Counted from the stretch's first letter, positions 12,720 through 24,780 are shown. The stretch: DNA of 64,000 nt from Octopus sinensis (GCF_006345805.1 NC_043006.1:12772001-12836000), one strand, 5' to 3'. Numbers and translations are program-made. Notes: generated by a model from the sequence alone, not told the origin.

Positions 12720-13670
12720 AGACACACACACACTGAAATGTCGAGTGAGTTGGCATTTCAGAAATGAGATTTCGAACGCAGGAGAATAGTTGTGAAGACA
12801 GCTTAGAGGGTGGGGTAAAATACCCTTATATATTACCTTCATTACCTTCATATATATATATATATATATAATATATATATATATACATATGTATTTGTAA
12901 AATTCATATACAAGCGATTATGTCTTACATTTGACTATAAGTGGTATGATTTTCTTAAGAAGTTACAATAGAAGTCGCATATATTATGGCTCCAACTGCA
13001 TCAAGCAATAAACATGAGGCAATGGGGACGGTGGTGATCTATGACCGTTGATGTTTGAAAAAGTGGCGTACGATTACTATTCAGAGAGTTACCTTTACAT
13101 CTTAGTACAATACGTACTTAAATGACTGTACGTAACCTACTACACTTGACTGTAAATGTAATATGTATTAAAAGAGTCGAGGTACTTCTTTATCATTTTT
13201 TCCTTTGGCTTAAAATCTATTTTATACCACGCTAGTTGATACCATTCTAGAGGCAAAGGTGGAAGACGGTTACCAACAAAATAAATCAGCAGGTTGGACA
13301 TGTAGACATTCTGTTTTCTCTATACAAAACTTTAGAACAATAAATAAACCTGGAGTCTAGAATATACCATTGAAAGAGATTCGATTCACATTAATTTAAA
13401 TGGAGTTACAAAGCAATCAATGGAATTGGTGCTGACCTTTTCGCTGAAGGACAATTATCAATGGGAGGTAAAAATCAGTCATTAATGAAATATTTTTTCA
13501 AGAGGGAAAAGGGAGAGAATTCTTAGATTGTGGCTCTATGGTAAAAAGCGAGCTTCCCAACCCAATATTTGTTAGTTTAGTATCACTGCATCACACCCTT
13601 GGCAAGTGTCTTCTACTATAGCCCTACATGCTGACCAATGCTATGTGAGTGGATTTGGTAGACCGTCCTC

Positions 13671-14071
13671 TACAAGGGGCTACACACAGAGAGGACAAAC
13701 CAGGACAGACAAACGGATTAAGTCGATTTTATCGACCCCCAGTGCGTAACTGGTACTTAATTTATCGACCCCGAAAGGATGAAAGGCAAATTCGACCTCG
13801 GCGGAATTTGCACTCAGAACATAACGGCAGAGCAAATACCTATTTCTTTACTACCCACAAGGGGCTAAACACAGAGAGGACAAACAAGGACAGACAAACG
13901 GATTAAGTCGATTATATCGACCCCAGTGCGTAACTGGTACTTATTTAATCGACCCCGAAAGAATGAAAGGCAAAGTCGACCTCGGCGGAATTTGAACTCA
14001 GAGCGTAGAGGCAGACGAAATACGGCTACGCATTTCGCCCGGCGTGCTAACGTTTCTGCCAGCTCGCCACC
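13671..14071 (-). mobile_element. SINE family A head-to-tail dimer
   Basis: Headed unit 14071-13840 followed by headless unit 13839-13671. Confidence 0.85.
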
Positions 14072-15525
14072 TTAAACTAAGATTTCTAGCAAGGAAAAGG
14101 ACGAAGCCACGATTGGTTTAATATTCAAGGCTAACTGTTTTCCAAATGAAATACGTTTCCTGTCCTAATTAGATAAGAGTGACCTAGGTTGTGATTTTAA
14201 TTTAACTAAATGGTTAGGGAGAACTTTTCGGTTGAACAATAAAGGGTCGGAATCTACTACAACAGGATACTAAAATTTGTGTTTACTGCTTCCAGAGTAA
14301 ACCCGATTCAAAGTACAGTTCCCCAATGAGAGTGAACTTGCACTTCGTAAAGTTGTTAAGTGGCTGTTGGTCATAAACATAATGCGCTTGAACGATGATT
14401 GTCGATTGATTCAGCAAAATTCAACTTCAAGGTAATCGTTCTTCATAACTGAGTATATTTTCCCCTGTATCCACTGCACATGCTCAAACATGAAGAGAAT
14501 GATAGGACAATATGTATTTACTTTTAAAAGAGAGGTTCAGTATTAAAAGTATTATAACATTTCTAGGGATCTGGAATATTCCAGGGGATCTGAAATTTTA
14601 ATCTCCTTAAATCATCAGTGCAGCAGAAATGCTCAATTCCACATCGCCACGATTTTCCCTTAGCCCACCTTTTTAAATAGAGTTGATCTCAGGTATGAAT
14701 TCTCTGTCGCAACTGCAAGACATGCAATGCAGAATGTTTTTCGTTGTGATCGCTTCTTATAAAGGCTTCATTGAAGGGAGATACGTATTGTCAGATCGAT
14801 AGAAATACGATGTGATTCAAGAATGGGTGTGATTAGAAAAGGCCCAGAAATGATCGGCATTCATCGGAATTCGCATAGATTTCAATCGAGGTCCACCCAC
14901 TTTAACTCTTGAAAGATTGGTCAATTCTGGAGATTACTAAGGCACGAGGATAGAGTGAAATTCAGCTGACATTCAGACCGTTCGTCATAACCGCTGAATA
15001 AGATACTGGTTGTGGAGGTAATTCCTCAAATGAGAAATAAATCACATTTAGACGGAATAACACTGGAGATGAAAGCAAATATAATCCGAGAATATCTGCA
15101 CAAATCTTGCTAACAGGAATTTAATGCGATTACTATACGCCAGATAAAATGACTATAGGGTTGAAAGATTGCCATGTGACATATAAGGCTTACTGTCAAC
15201 TTGTGAAAGTAGGTGGCAACATCGAATGTAAATACAACTGAAGTTAAACAGTACCAAGCAAAATATCTATTCGCAACAACTGACGAGTAATCCGCCCTAA
15301 GATATGATGGCTCTAATTGCCGATCAACTCCACCGAGCAACCATTCAAAAGCATTTGCTTGACGAAATAGTCTCCTCATGCAATTATGAAATATAGTGCA
15401 TTAATGAACAAGTAAATATCTATTCTATAGAATTGCGCACAGCATAAGTTAAACATCTCTAAACTCTCCATTTTGTTTCATTATATATCTATCTTCTATC
15501 TATCCGTCTGACTGCATGTCCTATA

Positions 15526-15600
<75 letters not shown>

Positions 15601-15754
15601 TACTGACGTTAACTATGTTATTTAAACTAAAGTTTCATATGCCTATACTATATATATAAGTGTGTGTGTGCATACATGTGCCTCTGTATATATATATATA
15701 TGATATAATATGATATAATATAATATAATATATGTGACAATTATTCAGTTACCA

Positions 15755-15817
15755 TAATAAAACTCCGAGTTTTGAATTTCGGGGCGGAAGTCTGCTCCGG
15801 CATCTCGTCAGTTATTA
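15755..15817 (-). ncRNA. Type I hammerhead motif in the Penelope pLTR (family A; G12 changed to A in this copy)
   Basis: TAATAA CTGACGA GA...TC AAAAC TCGGA GTT TTATTA. Confidence 0.6.
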
Positions 15818-15963
15818 AGATAAGCAAAAATGCTATGAAAATGACCGTTAAATATATATGTACATGGGCGCATGTACATACATGTACCTGCGCGCACGCA
15901 CACCAGCGTGTATGTGCATATCTGCATATACTCACACTCGCGTGAAACACACACATGCACACT

Positions 15964-15996
<33 letters not shown>

Positions 15997-16274
15997 GCAT
16001 CCATACATATGTAAACATGCACACATATATGCCCGCACGCACGTACACACACACATATATATAGCCATACACGCACAATTATATTCATATACACGTCTCC
16101 TTACGCAAATGCACAAAAATGCAGGGTAAAAGGTAATGTACAGAAACAAATATATAAATATATAAAGCAATAAAATATATAACAATATATATATAAAAAT
16201 ATGTAAAAATATAAAAATATATATGTAATGCTTGTAATATACTAATATATAAAGCAGGTTCTATCTGTGGTTTT

Positions 16275-16850
16275 GGGGGGACCAAAAAGTAACAAATATT
16301 TAGCCATATTTACACATGAACCAAAATGTTCAGTTCTTGAATTCAGACATGTAGCGGGGTCAAAGGAGCTTTTCTAGATAAGCTATTTTTCCATATCACA
16401 AAGACCGTACTTTTCTCTGCCGTTGGTGTAAGGCTAACACTGGGCTAAGATCTTCCAATGAACGTTATAGTTGATACCTTTTTCTTTTAAAGACCATATA
16501 TAACTGGATAATTTGGTTATTTGTCTCTATTCCCAGTGTCTGAAGCTCAAGGTGTGAGTGTTGAACCTGGCTTTGAAATTCCTCTATGTGAGACCCACAT
16601 ATTGCTTTGACGAAACTATATACTTAGGAGTTGTACAGTCTTGGGTGGCTTCATAAATGATGGTTTCGGACATGCAAGCTCCATTTAGGCAGGCACAAAT
16701 TTTTATCCCAGCAGCAACAGCTGGTTTCATTTTGTTGTTTTTGTGTGTTGTGTGCAATTATATCTTTAAAATTAGTAGTTGAGTTAAAACTAATTTTTAG
16801 GTTATGCCTATTGAATAGGTTTCTATAATTATATTTCATTGGAAAATGCC
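16275..16850 (-). pseudogene. Penelope-type GIY-YIG endonuclease remnant
   Basis: HFPMKYNYRNLFNRHNLKISF..IIAHN..CCC, then after a frameshift LNGACMSETIIYEAT..KQYVGLT*RNFKARFNTHTLSFRH..TKLSSYIWSLKEK..WKIL..LCDMEK..LNSRTE. Confidence 0.9.
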
Positions 16851-16946
16851 CATCTCTCTCTCTCTCTCTCTTTGTATATATATATATATATATATACAAA
16901 TAAATGAAAGAATGGAGTTGAACGACTAATTAACAAAATTCCTTTA

Positions 16947-17028
16947 TTTTCGACATATGTTTCGAAGGCTGCATATTCCTAATTTCGAAGGAATAAGGGT
17001 GTATTATGCCGCCTTCTCATCAGGAAAA
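16947..17028 (-). ncRNA. Canonical type I hammerhead ribozyme (family B)
   Basis: TTTTC CTGATGA GAAGGC...GCCTTC GAAAC ATAT GTC GAAAA: intact core, GUC triplet, palindromic stem III. Confidence 0.85.
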
Positions 17029-17263
17029 ACAAGGAACTTATGTCAGCATCAAGATGCACAAAAACTTTTAGATGACTGCCCACACGGAGCCCATAGCGAA
17101 TTATCCTTGATAAGATAATTCATTCAACTACTTATATATATATTCATATATATATAGTTAATCCAAACATGAAAACACAAAGAGAAAACACAACAACGAG
17201 AGGATGTAAAACAAGTATAGTGTTATTGAACGCTCAGGAAAGGAAAGGAAGGAAAGAAGGAGG

Positions 17264-17298
17264 ATTTAACGTTTCGAGCGGAGCTCTTCGTCAGAAAC
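17264..17298 (-). ncRNA. 35-nt minimal hammerhead motif (family C)
   Basis: GTTT CTGACGA A GAGC TCC GCTC GAAAC GTT AAAT. Confidence 0.7.
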
Positions 17299-17556
17299 AT
17301 AGAAAAAGGAAAGATCCAAGGAAGGGAAGACGGAGGAAAAAATAAGAAAAAAATATATTATATATTCTATTGCTTTATATATTAATATATTTTTTCAGTA
17401 CATTACCTTTCAGCCTGCATTTTTGTGCATGTGCATTAGGAGAGGTTTATATGAACATAATTGTGTGTATGGGTATACATGTCTGTGTACGTGTGCGCGG
17501 GTATATATATATGTGTATGTTTACACATGTATGGATGCATACATATATATATATAT

Positions 17557-17588
<32 letters not shown>

Positions 17589-17774
17589 ATAATATATAAG
17601 TAGTTGAATGAATTATCCTAATATGGATAATTCGGTTAACCGATACCTGGGTAGCAAATTGACACGGTTGAAGCTACATGCCAAGGGCAGAGATCATGTA
17701 CTTTCGTGTGGAAATTTGTGTGTTTTTTATAATATAAATAAATGAAAGAATGGAGTTGAACGACGATTTAACAA

Positions 17775-17842
17775 AATTCCTTTATTCTCGACATATGTTT
17801 CGAACACTGCATATTCCTAATTCCGAAGGAATAAGGGGTGCA
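17775..17842 (-). mobile_element. Truncated second copy of the family B hammerhead element (3' half only)
   Basis: Keeps GAAACATATGTCGAGAA but is cut by (TA)n before the CTGATGA strand. Confidence 0.7.
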
Positions 17843-18075
17843 ATATATATATATGTGTGTGTGTATGTGCATGTGTATGTTTCACGCGAGTGAGTGAGTA
17901 TATGCATATATGCACATGTGCGTGGGTGTGCATGCGCGCATGTGTATGTATATACATGTGCGCATACGCGGATTCTATGAGCGTGGATTTACCTTCTTTG
18001 AGTAATTTTACTTTCTCCCTATTCGGGTAATTTCCCTTTATTTAACGGTCATTTTCATAGCATTCTTTTTTGTCT

Positions 18076-18138
18076 TAATAACAGACGAGATGCCGGAGCA
18101 GTCTTCCGCCCCGAAAACCGAAACTCCTAGTTTTATTA
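18076..18138 (+). ncRNA. Family A hammerhead motif, inverted pLTR copy (U4 changed to A)
   Basis: TAATAA CAGACGA GA...CC GAAAC TCCTA GTT TTATTA. Confidence 0.55.
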
Positions 18139-18212
18139 TGGCAACTGACTAATTGTCACATATTATTTACATAATATCTATATATCGAAGTCTCTTGTCA
18201 TATTATTATTAG

Positions 18213-18255
<43 letters not shown>

Positions 18256-18385
18256 TATATAATATTAATTCGAGACAAAACCACTATTTTGCAAATATAT
18301 ACATATATATCTATATATATGTATATATGTGTGTATAAGTATATGTATGTATATATACATGTATATGTATATGTATTTATGTATG

Positions 18386-18424
<39 letters not shown>

Positions 18425-18428
<4 letters not shown>

Positions 18429-18897
18429 AGGTCACTTTCGAGTGCTACTGGTAACATGTAACCCAGTACAAACTGTTGCATGGTCGGATCGTCGGCGACT
18501 AAACCGGCAACCTCACCAAGCTTGCTTGGTGAGGAGGGTGTTTATTGGACACCCTGCGGGATGAAAAACAAAATCCGCCAAAGGGCGGAGGAACTCTTGA
18601 GAGTCAACGGCCATCCAATAAATGTCTTGAAGATGTATCATGCGTGGGGACATAGGAATTATCGGAATAAATACCCAATCGCGCGGTTAAACATTTGGGA
18701 GTGAATGACTCCTAGGCTTTGTTAGGGCATCCTTCTAGGAGAAGGTAACTCAGGTAACTGGGATAACTCCGATATAAATCCTGCCACTCAGTGGTTACCG
18801 ATGATGTTGACTTGTTCTTCTTTACGGATTATGGTTGCTGTTGCTTAGTGAGTGGGACTGACTCAGAGCACAGCCTTTCCTCACTTTAAAAAAAAAT
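18425..18897 (+). mobile_element. RTE-type 5' UTR-like non-autonomous element, rich in hairpins
   Basis: GGGCATCCTTCTAGGAGAAGGTAACTC...ACTCCGATATAAATCC resembles RTE leader motifs; several hairpins; ends in an A-run. Confidence 0.5.
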
Positions 18898-18979
18898 CTA
18901 CTTGCGAAGGCATTGCACGATAACAACATTGATTAAGCTTCGTGCAATGGCCATACTCGATAACGAGGGGGCAACCACC

Positions 18980-19012
<33 letters not shown>

Positions 19013-19106
19013 ATGTGTGTGTGTGTATGTGTATATATGTATATATGTATGTATATATACATATGTATACATATATATACTATATGTATATGTATATAGT
19101 ATATAC

Positions 19107-19142
<36 letters not shown>

Positions 19143-19184
19143 ATATAGATAGATAGATTAGATAGATAGATAGATAGATAGAGC

Positions 19185-19219
<35 letters not shown>

Positions 19220-19244
19220 GAATATATATTATAATATATATATA

Positions 19245-19895
19245 TATAAGGAAACCATGATGGTCCTCTGGCGGACATTCGTTCTCAGTCGCCTGGATTA
19301 CTGCTCACAGCTATGGTCACCCACCAATGTAAAATTAACAGCGGACCTTGAAGCAATCCAGAGAAGATTCACAAAGAAGATCATCTCTTTGCAACAGCTC
19401 AGCTACTGGGAAAGGTTGAAACAGCTAAGACTCTACTCCCTGGAGAGAAGACGGGAGAGGTATGCAGTAATATATGTCTGGAATATCCTGGAAGGAATTG
19501 TGCCAAATTTTGGCATTGTAAGCAACACCAATGCTAGAACGGGACGACACTGCATAGTGCCAAAGATTCCAGCAATGTCATCACGCTTCAGGACCAGCTT
19601 CTGCAACAGCCTGGGTTTCAAGGGCCCACAGCTTTTTAATATTCTCCCAAAGAGTCTGAGGAACTTGCACAAAGTGGATGTAGCGGTTTTTAAATCAAAG
19701 CTGGACATCTTCCTGTCGAGAGTCCAAGATGAACCTACCTCACGGCAAGAGGTGCAAATGAGAGTAGCTGTATCAAACTCCATTCTTCCCAAGTGCCACA
19801 TATAGACGAGGTTCGTCGTAATAACAGTGTAGACAAAACGGCGGGCGGTGCATCAGCATGGCCGCAGCTCTGAGCTGAAACTAGGAAAAAAAAAA
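19245..19895 (+). mobile_element. 5'-truncated CR1-group LINE (C-terminal part of ORF2 plus 3' UTR)
   Basis: SRLDYCSQLWSP..LEAIQRRFTK..LSYWERLKQLRLYSLERRRERY..FNILP..FKSKLD; A-rich tail. Confidence 0.92.
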
Positions 19896-19952
19896 TATAT
19901 ATACATATAGATATATATATAAATATATATATTATATATATATATAGAATAT

Positions 19953-19998
<46 letters not shown>

Positions 19999-20529
19999 CA
20001 TACTCTTCATATACGTATATATAGGTTTCTTGTGCCATCTATTTATTTAGATTCCTCCCGTTCGTAATTTATCTTAAATTAATGTGTATATTACAAATTT
20101 CAGTACAAACGTATATATATATATATATATAAATATATACATATATATATATACATACATACTCTTCATATACGTATATAAATGTCTCTTGTGCTATCTA
20201 ATTTACTAGTTTCCTCCCGTTCGTAATTTATCTTAAATGAAATGTGTATATTACGAATTTCAGTACAAGTGCACAAATTTCAGTACAAGCGCAAGTGTAC
20301 TATGAATCTACGCTCAAAGGATGACTGACTGCGTTTTGTATATTGATTCCACAAGTGCCTAATTTACCTTTATCCAATGTTTTTCGTTGGTGGCAGCCAA
20401 GTAAATAGAAACAGGTGATGCTGTGTCAATGATAATATAAATAATTAGCTCAATGCAATAAACTGTTTTCTGGCAAGGTATGTCTGATCGCAGTTTACGA
20501 TGAATATCAATAATCATTAAAAGGCTTTT

Positions 20530-20592
20530 TTTTTACTACTACCACTACCATCACCACCACCACCACCACCACCACTGCGGCTGCTGCTGTTG

Positions 20593-20643
<51 letters not shown>

Positions 20644-21020
20644 ACAATATTAATAATAATGATGATGATTATGAGGATTATGATTTTAATGATGATAATA
20701 ATAATAATAATTTTAAGAACAAATGACGACAATCATAACGTTTAGAATAATAATGATAATAATGATGATAATGAAAAAAGAATAACAACAATATGTAAAA
20801 ATAAATACAAAAAAGTAACAAGAACAATAACAATAATCATGATAAAAAAATGCAATAATATCAAGAATAATGATAATAATAGTACAAAACCAAGAGCAAT
20901 AGTAATTAAGATGGTCTTAATATAAAAATAACAACAATAATAGTAATAACAATGATGATGATGATGATGAGGAGGAGGAGGAGGAGGAGGAGGGGAGGGG
21001 GAGGGGTGAAGGATTATAAC
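20530..21020. repeat. Compound trinucleotide repeats (ACT/ACC/AAT/GAT/GAG)
   Basis: Read directly from the sequence. Confidence 0.9.
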
Positions 21021-21914
21021 AATAAAAAGAAATGAACAAATAGATATGGAAAAGCAATCTACACCTTCATCAAATCAAGTAAGTTTACGACTTTGTTCAC
21101 CCAGACTAATTTTATAGTTCTCAAAGATATCGCATCAGCACCAGAAGCAGATACAATTGACAGTCCTGAATAATTAATACAATGTTTTCAGCTATTTTTT
21201 TGTTATTATTATTATATTATTTTTATTTTTATTTTGCTTGTTATTTTGTTTTATAGTGTCTTGATTTTTTTTCTTCTCCTTTCTTACGTTTTATTTCTTT
21301 CGACAAATGAGAAAAGAAATGCAAAAAAAGTCCAAAATAAAAAAAAAATTTAAAAATTAAGCGGAGAGGAAATATAGTTCACGAATAATATTTCAGGAGA
21401 TCAGATAATGAAATCTCAACACCAAAATAACTGAAACGCATAAAATATTCATTCGCTTCAATATCGAGAATGTTTTAATAATAAACATAGTCTCTGGTTA
21501 CTTCTGCAAGGGAGGAGGGGGATAAATTTGATGGTATCTAACATTTCTTATATACATTCATCTATTTCTGTCTTTCTCTTTCTCTCCTTCTCTCTCCCTC
21601 TCTCTACCTTTCTATTTCCCTCTCTCTACCTTTCTTGCACATTTATACCGACACCATCAATTGCTATATTAGTGTTGTCAGCTGTGAGGAAGATAGAATC
21701 AAAATAGTCAGAGATCGCTATCGTACGTATCTGAATACCGAATAATAATATGGGCGCTGACATGTATACAGACGGGGAAATCGGTAACTAATCAACTTTG
21801 ATTAAAATTTGGTGAGTGATCATATGCACCAGTGTGCATGTGTTTTAATTATATGTCGTGCAAATGTGTAATGTTATATATATACATAATACATACTATA
21901 CATATACATATCTG

Positions 21915-21983
<69 letters not shown>

Positions 21984-21999
21984 ATTATCTATCGATCTA

Positions 22000-22068
<69 letters not shown>

Positions 22069-22237
22069 GGAGTATATATACATATACATGTACTTTGTAA
22101 GCCTAGTGCTTATCCTATCGGATCACTTTTGCCGAACGCTCAGTTATGGGGACGTAAACACGCGAGCTTCGGTTGTCAACCCATGACGGGACAAAACAGA
22201 CACACAAACATAGACAACAACACACACACACACACAT

Positions 22238-22274
<37 letters not shown>

Positions 22275-22459
22275 AATTAAATTAGAAATAAAACCACTAT
22301 TAGGCAAATCAAACAGTGAAAAACATAAACCAAAACATAAAAATGAAAATAATTAATATAATTTACAAAATATATAAAATATAAAAAAAATATTATTTAA
22401 ATTTAAAATTATTAATTAATACGTATATATATATCCATACATATATATATACATGCATA

Positions 22460-22820
22460 ATTCTTAAAGAGGACAACAAACGTTGAGGTAAGACAAACAT
22501 CTCAAGTGATGTAAGTAATTATTATTGGAAAAAATCCAAAGTCTTACAGCTGTTTCTGGGATATCCCAGAGTATGGGATATTCCGTCATCGGAGACAACA
22601 AGTGAAAGTGGGCAGGTTATAGATTAATGAAATGACGACACAGAGGACAGGAGAAAAGGAATAAGGAACTGAAGAAAGAGAAGAAAAATGTCATAAAATT
22701 TCACAGTTCAACTTCCGTTCATCTAAATGTTAGTCCGGAAATCCGTAGGTGCGATTCTGTGTAAATCCTGTGTAGATTAAGTCTTTATAGATCACCTGTG
22801 AACTAAACACCCATATTTTG
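22460..22820 (-). mobile_element. Penelope pLTR-like element (family D) with a hammerhead-like motif at 22541-22596
   Basis: Homologous in reverse orientation to 36250-36560. Motif GTCT CCGATGA C GGAATATCCCA..TGGGATATCCC A GAAAC AGCT GTA AGAC. Flanked by TA-rich tracts. Confidence 0.7.
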
Positions 22821-22848
22821 TATATATATATATATATGCATACATACA

Positions 22849-23006
<158 letters not shown>

Positions 23007-23190
23007 AATGTAAATGTGATATATGTGTGTGAATGCGTGCGCGAGCGTTATGCAGATAACTTATTAATGATTATTATATTAATATATGGCTAGAACAGTA
23101 TTGCCAAAAGTATTCATCGATAAAATAAAATTTCTTTGCAATTTTTATTAAATTAAGGGAGCATTACGAGGATACAGAAGATGAATACAC

Positions 23191-23222
<32 letters not shown>

Positions 23223-23907
23223 TACATACACACATACACACATATACACAAAACTTCTGCTTCTCTGTCATTCTTTCCCTCTTACACACATACACACTCT
23301 CCCTCTCTCTTTCTCCCAATCGCTCACACACTCTTAGACAAAGCTCTATAAATATATATATAAGGTTTGCTAGCACGCCATAAAATATCTGATGTAGGCT
23401 ACCAAAAGTACTGAAAGATATTCAGTTTTCTAAGCTCTGACCAGGTTAGCATTTACTGGGGCATCAAAAATATGGGGTCCATACATCTCAGAGGGAGGAG
23501 GAAACTAAATGGTTTGGATAAAGAGAGCATTCCTGGCGCTTACAGTTATGGGAATGCAAAGTAAGACATGTTTAACCTTGGTCGATTAAACTGGGCTAGT
23601 GGTTCTGAAGACGAAATGCCTGAAGTCCGCAAGATACCCAGATACATCAATGATAATGCGTACTAGAGCATGGAGTCTATTATTTCGGGGTATACATCTC
23701 AATGTAACTCACATACAAACACACACACTCACATAGACACATACACACGCACGCGCACATACACAGACATACATATATACAATATATGTTTGTATATATT
23801 ATATATATATATATATATATGCATGTATATATACCTTTTAATCCCAGTAAAACAACTTTTCCGGTTGGCTTCGAATAAAATCAGTACTGTCCGATTATAT
23901 ATAATAT

Positions 23908-23958
<51 letters not shown>

Positions 23959-24194
23959 TAAACAAACTAAGGAAAATAATTCAATCTGGGTCGAAACAGA
24001 TTGTTGGCATTTTGTTGTTTTAATAACTGCTTATTTTATCTCATGTTATATGATATTGAGAGTATATTATGTTATATTAAGATAATTATCATATAAATAA
24101 ATTATTGGATTGTGTCAATTGTATCACTCTGTTTAATTTTATCTTTCTCCCTCCTTTTCTCTCTATCTCTCTCACTCTCTCTCTATATATATAT

Positions 24195-24665
24195 TAAGTC
24201 AGGAATGTCACTTCCCTGGGCATAGATATATTGAAACTCCAACGGCTGGCAGGTGACTTGGCAGATACCCATAAAATTATTAACCATTTTACTAACAATA
24301 ACTCTGAGCAACTTTTCAAACACCACCTGTCTGGCACCCGTGGACATGTTTACAAAGTCAGAAAACAGCACAGCTCCCATGACTTTCGGAAATATTTTTT
24401 CACGCTAAGAGTGGCTGAAATATGGAACAAACTGCCGGCATCAGTTGTTAGCTGTCGGAGCAGTGCGCCCTTCAAAACTTCCATGCTTCCTGAGATTTGC
24501 CAACACTACACCTAATTTTCTCCCCTCCATACACACGCAAGCATGTATCTGACTCATGCACTGTTCACTTTCCAGACATTTGTACATTACAGCATATGCT
24601 TTATACGCACTTTTGACAAGTTGTGGTGTACCTGAGCACTGTATACAATAATTTCATTATTATTA
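24195..24665 (+). mobile_element. CR1 LINE 3' fragment (second CR1 family)
   Basis: LQRLAGDLADTHKII..TRGHVYKV..RKYFFTLRVAEIWNKLPASVV..FKTSM; (ATT)n tail. Confidence 0.9.
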
Positions 24666-24717
24666 TATATATATATACATATATATGAGTAAGCAGACAA
24701 ACGAAAAAAGCGCTCTG

Positions 24718-24779
<62 letters not shown>

Positions 24780-24780
24780 T

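Larger units (their letters stand above)
15733..18160 (-). mobile_element. 5'-truncated Penelope-like element with an inverted pseudo-LTR and nested insertions
   Basis: GIY-YIG remnant at 16275-16850. Segment 15733-16190 recurs inverted at 17350-18160 (interrupted at ~17560-17850). Hammerhead motifs lie at both outer ends. Confidence 0.85.

Noticed and set aside
21045-21175. Exon-like pieces (DMEKQSTPSSNQ|gtaagt; VLKDIASAPEADTIDSPE*)
   Set aside because: The implied intron is only 38 nt and the phases do not match
21630-21790. Minus-strand open frame with a good acceptor (ADNTNIAIDGVGINVQE)
   Set aside because: Weak donor, no supporting exons, no recognisable family; needs RNA-seq
23985-24020. 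CGAAACAGATTGTT hammerhead-like 3' strand
   Set aside because: No CUGANGA strand upstream
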